Positions 7,732 to 12,978 of a stretch of 12,978 bases of DNA are shown piece after piece (within the stretch, counting starts at the first letter, position 1; each line of letters starts with the position of its first letter). Both the position numbers and the translations under genes were made by a program. The DNA is from a bacterium (GTDB taxonomy: Bacteria > Muiribacteriota > UBA6191). Location of the stretch: assembly GCA_036339875.1 (NCBI GenBank), contig JAYZAC010000177.1, positions 1 to 12,978 of the forward strand. Reading direction: 5' to 3'. Below the pieces are notes generated by a model. It was not told the DNA's origin. It did no database searches and saw only the letters and a list, made by a program, of their open reading frames with translations.

Positions 7732-9104
7732 TGTTAACATCTAGTATTACGGCATTACTTGGTTTTGCAATTGGAATACTACTTTGCTATTTGTATTATC
7801 GACGTCAACTCGATTTTCAAAAGCAAGACTTGATATCAGAGAAAGAAATTGAACTTAATTCTTTGCATCATGAACATAGTTCTTTGAAATCATCTATTGA
7901 TGATTTTGAGAACAAAGTAAAAGAACTTAGTTCTGTAATACAAGATTCTCAATTGGAATTACAGAAAGTAAAAGAAGAGCGAGCTGTTCTAAATGAAAGA
8001 TTGCAACAGGAGCGCCAACAGTCCAAGGATAAGTTGGCCTTATTAGAAGATAATAAGCGTCAATTGAAACTTGAGTTTGAATCTTTAGCTCAAAAGATAT
8101 TGGATCAATCTTCCAAAAAAATGGTAGATAAGAATAGGGATGAACTCGACAATATCTTAAAACCTTTAAGGCAACATTTGGATCATTTTGAAAAAAAGGT
8201 ATCTGAGGGATTTCAAGAAGGCACCAAACAGCGAGTTTCTTTGGAAACACATATCAAACAATTGTCAGAGTTGAACCAGCAATTGAGTTCAGATGCTACT
8301 AATTTAACAAAAGCTCTTAAGGGTGAAAGTAAAACTAGGGGGACTTGGGGAGAAGTAGTTTTAGAGCGTGTACTAGAACAAAGCGGCCTCAGAAAAGGTT
8401 CTGAATATGAAACACAACTTCATCTGAAAGATGAAAATGGTTCACGGTACCTTCCTGATGTTGTGGTTCATTTACCGGAAGGTAAAGATATAATCATTGA
8501 TAGTAAAGTAAGCTTAAAACATTGGGAACAGTATTGCTCTAGCGATGATGATTCTAGTAAAGCGGCTTTAATTAGTGCCCATATTCAATCAATGAGAACT
8601 CATCTTAAAGATTTATCAGAAAAAAGTTATGATCAATTAGAAGGTGTGAGTAGTTTAGATTTTGTTTTAATGTTCATTCCTGTTGAAACAGCATTTGTGG
8701 CCGCGTTAGAAAATTCTCCGGAGTTATTCTCTGATGCTTTTAATAAAGGAATAGTGATGGTTACACCGTCAACTCTATTTATTACTCTAAGAACTATCGA
8801 GAATATTTGGCGATACGAAGCTCAAAATGAGAATGCCCAAAAGATTGCTAATCAAGCAGGTAAGCTATATGACAAATTTGTTGGATTTGTAGAGTCTCTA
8901 GACAATGTTGGCAAGTCTCTAGAGAAAGCGGATAAATCGTATCGAGAAGCTCGAAATCGATTAGTAGAGGGCCGTGGTAATGTTGTAAAAAGTGCAGAAA
9001 AACTCAGGGATATGGGAGTAAATACTAAGAAATTACTCCCAGAAGATTTAATTCAACAGGGAGCTGATCAAGTAGACCTGAAACCTGAACTTTTGATACC
9101 TTAA
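7731..9104 (+). CDS. rmuC: DNA recombination protein RmuC
   Basis: N-terminal TM helix, long coiled coil, KTRGTWGEVVLERVLEQSGL, PD...IIIDSK nuclease-like motif, DFVLMFIPVE, TPSTL, LYDKF, GRGN. Start overlaps the pyrC stop (TAATG). Confidence 0.95.
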   Translation: MLTSSITALLGFAIGILLCYLYYRRQLDFQKQDLISEKEIELNSLHHEHSSLKSSIDDFENKVKELSSVIQDSQLELQKVKEERAVLNERLQQERQQSKDKLALLEDNKRQLKLEFESLAQKILDQSSKKMVDKNRDELDNILKPLRQHLDHFEKKVSEGFQEGTKQRVSLETHIKQLSELNQQLSSDATNLTKALKGESKTRGTWGEVVLERVLEQSGLRKGSEYETQLHLKDENGSRYLPDVVVHLPEGKDIIIDSKVSLKHWEQYCSSDDDSSKAALISAHIQSMRTHLKDLSEKSYDQLEGVSSLDFVLMFIPVETAFVAALENSPELFSDAFNKGIVMVTPSTLFITLRTIENIWRYEAQNENAQKIANQAGKLYDKFVGFVESLDNVGKSLEKADKSYREARNRLVEGRGNVVKSAEKLRDMGVNTKKLLPEDLIQQGADQVDLKPELLIP

Positions 9105-9122
9105 ATTGATTAATCTATCATT

Positions 9123-9608
9123 TTATTTTTTAGGGCCAATCGGCGTAGAATCAATATTAAAACCTTCTAAATTAAAAGCTTTACCGAAGCCCAAAATTAA
9201 ACGTCCTGATTTAGGTTCTAGTTCGAATAGATGAAAATCCCTCAGACTTTTCAGCATTTTGACAACTGGACTAAGATGATTTTTCATTAACTCTAAAATT
9301 TCATCGAAAGTTTGTGTTTCTCGCAAAATTTCAGTTTGTTGTACAGTCCAATTAACTCGAGTCCTCGCAAATATCTCGTCAGCTGCGCCTTCATCTTCAG
9401 TAATCAGAATGCTTAATTCACTTTGAGCCAAAATATTTTGACAATGTAAGCTCAATTCACTTAGTAAAAGATAAATCCTTTGGTTTTGAATAACGAATGG
9501 ACTGGTACTGCAATGTGGTGTGCCATTAGAATCTAAACTAGCTATGTAGAGTGATTTTTGATTTTGTAATAATTGGTTAAGTTGACTTTCAATTTCTATT
9601 AGCTGCAT
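9123..9608 (-). CDS. Split-barrel pyridoxamine 5'-phosphate oxidase-like protein, HutZ/HugZ-like
   Basis: IASLDSNGTPHCSTSPF, LSELSLHCQNI, EDE....IFAR.R, DFHLFELEP..GRLILGFGKAF. GGAG lies 8 nt upstream of the ATG; the gene overlaps the MTase end by 10 bp. Confidence 0.85.
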   Translation of the reverse strand: MQLIEIESQLNQLLQNQKSLYIASLDSNGTPHCSTSPFVIQNQRIYLLLSELSLHCQNILAQSELSILITEDEGAADEIFARTRVNWTVQQTEILRETQTFDEILELMKNHLSPVVKMLKSLRDFHLFELEPKSGRLILGFGKAFNLEGFNIDSTPIGPKK

Positions 9609-10519
9609 GAATTACGCTCCCAAAAAACTTCTTGATTGTAACCTTGGATATTTGAGTCATTTGCTGCTTTTTCGAGTCGCTTCAAAGCATATAAACAATA
9701 TTCAGGATCTTTTTCGAATCCTAAGTATCTACGTTTGAGTTTTTTAGCAACCACGGCAGTTGTTCCACTTCCCAAAAATGGGTCGACTACTAGGTCTTCT
9801 TTATCACTACTCGACAGTATTAATTTAGCGATTAATTTTTCGGGCTTTTGAGTGGGATGATCGGTGTTTTCTGGCATGGACCAAAAAGGAATCGTAATGT
9901 CTGACCACAAATTAGAGGGAGCGGTATCTCTAAACTTTTTATTACCTTGATTTATCCAGTCTTTTGGCTTTCCTGCTGAGTCTTTGTAAGGTGCTAACAC
10001 TTTACGTCGCAGGCGAACTCTGTCTGGAAAAAACTTAAAATCATCTCCCACGGTGCAATACCATATATCTTCGCTACAGTTTTTCCAGTTAGTTTTAGAA
10101 CCTCGCCCCTTTTCACGTTCCCAGGTAATACGATTACGAATTTTGAAAAATTTGTCTAAAGCTGGAAATAAAGAAGCTGAACTTAACCAATCACCACACA
10201 CATAAACAGTTGCTGTTGATTTTAGTGCTGGAGTTATTATTTCTAAGTATGATTCAATCCAATCTCGGTAGTCTTCAGTAGACCTACTTGAAAAAGATTC
10301 TTTTCCAAAAGTTTTTGTAAGATTATAGGGTGGATCCAAAATTAGAAGATCTATACAGTTTTTGGGTAATTTCTTACTCAAGGTAAAAGTATCACCATTA
10401 ACAACGCCCTCCATTATCTTTAAATCCTGTTGAAGCTGGTTTGATAATGTCTTACGTTCATTATCAGAAAGACTCAAAGTACGATTTCTAGGCGCTTTAT
10501 TTGATGATTTTTCTATCAT
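9599..10519 (-). CDS. Orphan site-specific amino-DNA methyltransferase, beta class (probably N6-adenine)
   Basis: Catalytic motif IV DPPY (aa 62-65) precedes HPTQKP and SAM-binding motif I DPFLGSGTT, the beta-class order. No restriction endonuclease gene is adjacent. Confidence 0.93.
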   Translation of the reverse strand: MIEKSSNKAPRNRTLSLSDNERKTLSNQLQQDLKIMEGVVNGDTFTLSKKLPKNCIDLLILDPPYNLTKTFGKESFSSRSTEDYRDWIESYLEIITPALKSTATVYVCGDWLSSASLFPALDKFFKIRNRITWEREKGRGSKTNWKNCSEDIWYCTVGDDFKFFPDRVRLRRKVLAPYKDSAGKPKDWINQGNKKFRDTAPSNLWSDITIPFWSMPENTDHPTQKPEKLIAKLILSSSDKEDLVVDPFLGSGTTAVVAKKLKRRYLGFEKDPEYCLYALKRLEKAANDSNIQGYNQEVFWERNSCS

Positions 10520-11091
10520 GGATTTGGAAATAAATCAGGTGCGATACTTTTAATTTTTAAGCCATTTAAGTAGGATTCTAGTTTCTTAGTGTCCTTAAAA
10601 AATCCATGAGCATTTAGTGACTGAACCACAACACAGGTGTAACTTCGTCGAATTAAATCATTTGAGACTAATCGGTCTGCACTATTATTACAGAGGTAAT
10701 TCATTATACGAAAGTGATCGCCCGGAGTTTTACTGAAGTATTGTGTTTGACTTTGATTCTTTTGAATTAGTTTGTTATTGACGTTCAAGCTTGATCCCAT
10801 TACCAAATGATTCGCATCTAAGAAGGCGATATTGACATCAGCATTTAAGCCACTAAATTCTTCATTTGATTTTGCTTCTAAATTTATTTTGCCACTATCT
10901 ATGAGTGACTTCTTTTTTTGGGACAGTATGTTTTCTTCGATTTTTTCAAAAATAGCAGGACCTTTTACTGGTTTGCGATACTCCAAGGTACCTTCAATTA
11001 GCATGCAGGTTATTTCTTCCACTGACCCATGCGCCATCAGTGATTTGCTAAATATTAATGATATGAGTAAAAATATTTTAGTTAGTTTCAT
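10516..11091 (-). CDS. Secreted hypothetical protein; predicted mature N-terminus His-Gly
   Basis: 191-aa ORF with Sec signal MKLTKIFLLISLIFSKSLMA; its stop overlaps the MTase start (ATGA); no family recognised. Confidence 0.75.
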   Translation of the reverse strand: MKLTKIFLLISLIFSKSLMAHGSVEEITCMLIEGTLEYRKPVKGPAIFEKIEENILSQKKKSLIDSGKINLEAKSNEEFSGLNADVNIAFLDANHLVMGSSLNVNNKLIQKNQSQTQYFSKTPGDHFRIMNYLCNNSADRLVSNDLIRRSYTCVVVQSLNAHGFFKDTKKLESYLNGLKIKSIAPDLFPNP

Positions 11092-11189
11092 AAAACCAAT
11101 AGAATCAAATAATTTTTATAAAAACAAGCTTCAGTATTACATAAAGTTACTTGTCAAAGTGGCCTGAAGGTAGTTATATGGGAATCTGT

Positions 11190-11194
11190 AGGAG
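11190..11194 (+). promoter_or_regulatory. Shine-Dalgarno site for the FmdB-family gene
   Basis: AGGAG 5 nt upstream of ATG 11200. Confidence 0.7.
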
Positions 11195-11199
11195 TTATT

Positions 11200-11523
11200 A
11201 TGCCCATTTACGAATATCGCCATACTGATGGATTTGAAGAACCGTGCAAACAAGATATCCTTGAAGTATTCCAAACGATGAGTGCTCCCGAGATGAGCAT
11301 ATGTCCTAATTGTGGTAGGCCCATTCAGAAGTTGATTAGTATGCCGGCTAGGCATCAACAGCATATTAATAATACGCTCAACGAAAAGAATATAGCTGAA
11401 AAAGGTTTTAGCAAGTACGTCAAAACAGAAGATGGTAAATATGAAAAAGCAGCGGGTCCCGCCGAAGCTCCTGCTACTCTCGACCGTGGAACAATGGCAG
11501 AAAATCTGAAACACTTAGATTAA
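11200..11523 (+). CDS. FmdB family zinc-ribbon protein
   Basis: MPIYEY...EVFQTMS....CPNCG..IQKLIS signature; strong SD; C-terminal GFSKYVK..DGKYEK extension. Confidence 0.85.
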   Translation: MPIYEYRHTDGFEEPCKQDILEVFQTMSAPEMSICPNCGRPIQKLISMPARHQQHINNTLNEKNIAEKGFSKYVKTEDGKYEKAAGPAEAPATLDRGTMAENLKHLD

Positions 11524-11599
11524 ATATCGTTCAATAAAGAATGACTAATCTCTTCGTCAAAATAAAAGCTACTAAGGCGATATAGCCGATACTGTAATT

Positions 11600-12163
11600 A
11601 TGTTACGGTTCACACTTATTTTTTTTATTGTTCAATTGTCAGTTTATCAAAACTATTCTCAACCTTGGGCAAGTAAGACTATGTTAAGAATAGACGAGCT
11701 AGAAGAACAACTGGAAGAGACTCGTTACGCTCCAGATTTTCATAGGCTTTGGCAAATAAGGGCAGCTGAATTAGATCATTTAAAGAGAACTCTTAAATTG
11801 CGTCAACGTCAACGAAAATTAGTTTTGAGTCCTTGGAATCAGGCTCGTCAAAAGTATGCAAATTTAATAAATGGTTCATTTAATCATCGAGTTGAATGTC
11901 CAGTAATTCGTCAATCTGAAGTAAGCGAAAGAGTTTCAAAATTAGATCCTGTAAAAGAATTGCATCATGATTGTTTGATTAAGCCCCTACATGTAACACG
12001 CGCGACGCATGACGGTCTTATTGTGTATAGTCTACGGGAGCAACCAACTTGGAGTACGTTACGCGATGCTTTAGAATTCTATGCTTCATCATCTCGTAGA
12101 ACTTATGTAAGAGACCGCGGTACTAAAGCTCGTGAAGTATTACTCGAAATCGTAGAGCACTGA
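11600..12163 (+). CDS. Hypothetical protein with N-terminal signal/TM segment and coiled-coil-like region
   Basis: 187-aa ORF filling the gap, hydrophobic N-terminus, stop 1 bp before the esterase ATG; no family recognised. Confidence 0.65.
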   Translation: MLRFTLIFFIVQLSVYQNYSQPWASKTMLRIDELEEQLEETRYAPDFHRLWQIRAAELDHLKRTLKLRQRQRKLVLSPWNQARQKYANLINGSFNHRVECPVIRQSEVSERVSKLDPVKELHHDCLIKPLHVTRATHDGLIVYSLREQPTWSTLRDALEFYASSSRRTYVRDRGTKAREVLLEIVEH

Positions 12164-12164
12164 T

Positions 12165-12869
12165 ATGGTAGATCTGAAGTTTTCAAATAAGAGTTCATTA
12201 AATCTCAAAAGCTTTGAAGAACATCACTTCGTACCTGCAAAAACAAATGGAAATTTTCTAGCCGTTTGTTTACATGGACGGGGTAGCAACCTTTTGTGGT
12301 TACGAAAAATACGTCATCGTTTAAAGCTAGATGATTTCAGCTATTTGTTTTTGAATGCACCTGATCCTTGGACTAGCGAAGAAGGTCATCAAGGGTTTAG
12401 CTGGTACGGTAAGATTCCAGACCACCGTGAGGGAATTGCACGCTCTTTGAAACATCTTGAGCTTTTGATGACGGAACTGGAAAAATATGGTTTTACTAGA
12501 GATAAAATCATGTTGGTGGGTTTCTCTCAAGGATGTGTTATGAGTCTTGAATTAGCACTCAGATCCCATGTTCCATTTTTTGGAGTACTGGGTATAAGTG
12601 GTACTATTTTTAAGCCTGAGGAGCTACTGGAAGCAATGCCTGAACCTGCTTCACAAACTCCGATATTAATGATTCACGGGACTAAGGATGAATTACTAAC
12701 AATGGATAAAGTACGCCCAAAAGCGCAATTAGTAATGGAAGAAATGCCATATTTTGAATTTATTGAAGTTGATAAAGGTCACGATTTGGAAACATTTGAG
12801 TATCCAATCTATATAGACAAAATTAGTGAATGGCGCAGATTGTATATTGGTCGAGGACTTAATATTTAA
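12165..12869 (+). CDS. Phospholipase/carboxylesterase family alpha/beta hydrolase
   Basis: LHGRG oxyanion loop, NAP, SWY, GFSQG (Ser121), HGTKDE (Asp175), KGH (His206). Confidence 0.92.
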   Translation: MVDLKFSNKSSLNLKSFEEHHFVPAKTNGNFLAVCLHGRGSNLLWLRKIRHRLKLDDFSYLFLNAPDPWTSEEGHQGFSWYGKIPDHREGIARSLKHLELLMTELEKYGFTRDKIMLVGFSQGCVMSLELALRSHVPFFGVLGISGTIFKPEELLEAMPEPASQTPILMIHGTKDELLTMDKVRPKAQLVMEEMPYFEFIEVDKGHDLETFEYPIYIDKISEWRRLYIGRGLNI

Positions 12870-12892
12870 GTAAAAAGATGTAATTTGGAGCT

Positions 12893-12950
12893 TTGATTTA
12901 AGGGTATTTTTGAACTATAATGTTGACTTCGGTAACAACTCTGATACCTT
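12893..12950 (+). promoter_or_regulatory. Possible tandem sigma70 promoters
   Basis: TTGATT(12893-12898)-N17-TATAAT(12916-12921) and TTGACT(12923-12928)-N16-TACCTT(12945-12950) with an extended TG. The region could instead be the 3' end of a minus-strand gene. Confidence 0.35.
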
Positions 12951-12978
12951 TCTCCTAATCTCATGGATATCACTATAA

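Noticed and set aside
7183..8250. Short minus-strand ORFs 7183-7383 and 7927-8250
   Set aside because: Antisense shadows of pyrC and rmuC.
7731..11091. Type II restriction-modification system using RmuC or the 191-aa ORF as the endonuclease
   Set aside because: RmuC is a widespread membrane-anchored protein on the opposite strand; the 191-aa ORF has a signal peptide and no PD-(D/E)xK, HNH or GIY-YIG motif.
11133..11157. Perfect TTGACA on the minus strand (11157-11152) as the promoter of the MTase operon
   Set aside because: The nearest -10-like hexamer (AATACT) is only 13 bp away; nothing convincing at 16-18 bp.
10832..11514. ORFs 10832-11167 (+) and 11137-11514 (-)
   Set aside because: Antisense to the signal-peptide protein and to the FmdB gene (which has a strong SD and a family motif); Phe/Ser-rich shadow composition.
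11542..11559. TGAC-N10-GTCA inverted repeat after the FmdB gene, as a terminator or operator
   Set aside because: Only 4-bp arms and no U-tract; expected by chance.
12327..12530. 67-aa minus-strand ORF
   Set aside because: Antisense shadow of the esterase.
1..12978. CRISPR arrays, tRNA/rRNA, IS elements, prophage or retron-like ncRNA
   Set aside because: Intergenic gaps are all about 110 bp or less, with no repeat arrays, cloverleafs, transposase, integrase or reverse transcriptase motifs.

Overview
AT-rich, very compactly packed bacterial chromosomal region of mostly housekeeping and metabolic genes. I found no RNA genes, CRISPR arrays, IS elements, integrases or long repeats. Gene order: 3' end of an upstream CDS; NeuB/LegI-type nonulosonic acid synthase; YceF-type Maf pyrophosphatase; exported S9 peptidase; exported multi-domain thioredoxin protein; Tat-exported sulfatase (minus strand) divergent from a dihydroorotase-rmuC operon; a minus-strand operon of a secreted hypothetical, an orphan beta-class adenine DNA methyltransferase and a HutZ/HugZ-like protein; an FmdB zinc-ribbon protein; a hypothetical; and a carboxylesterase. 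No complete new multi-gene system can be demonstrated from sequence alone. The best leads are: (i) the overlapping-gene operon joining a secreted protein with a predicted N-terminal His, an orphan MTase and a HutZ homologue lacking the heme-ligating His; (ii) a thioredoxin protein with an active Trx domain, a Cys-less Trx duplicate and a PilP/GspC-like tail; (iii) a 38-bp bidirectional promoter that appears to drive two leaderless mRNAs; (iv) a sulfatase with a non-canonical CPTSR/GKWG active site. All family assignments come from motif recognition; no database searches were run.
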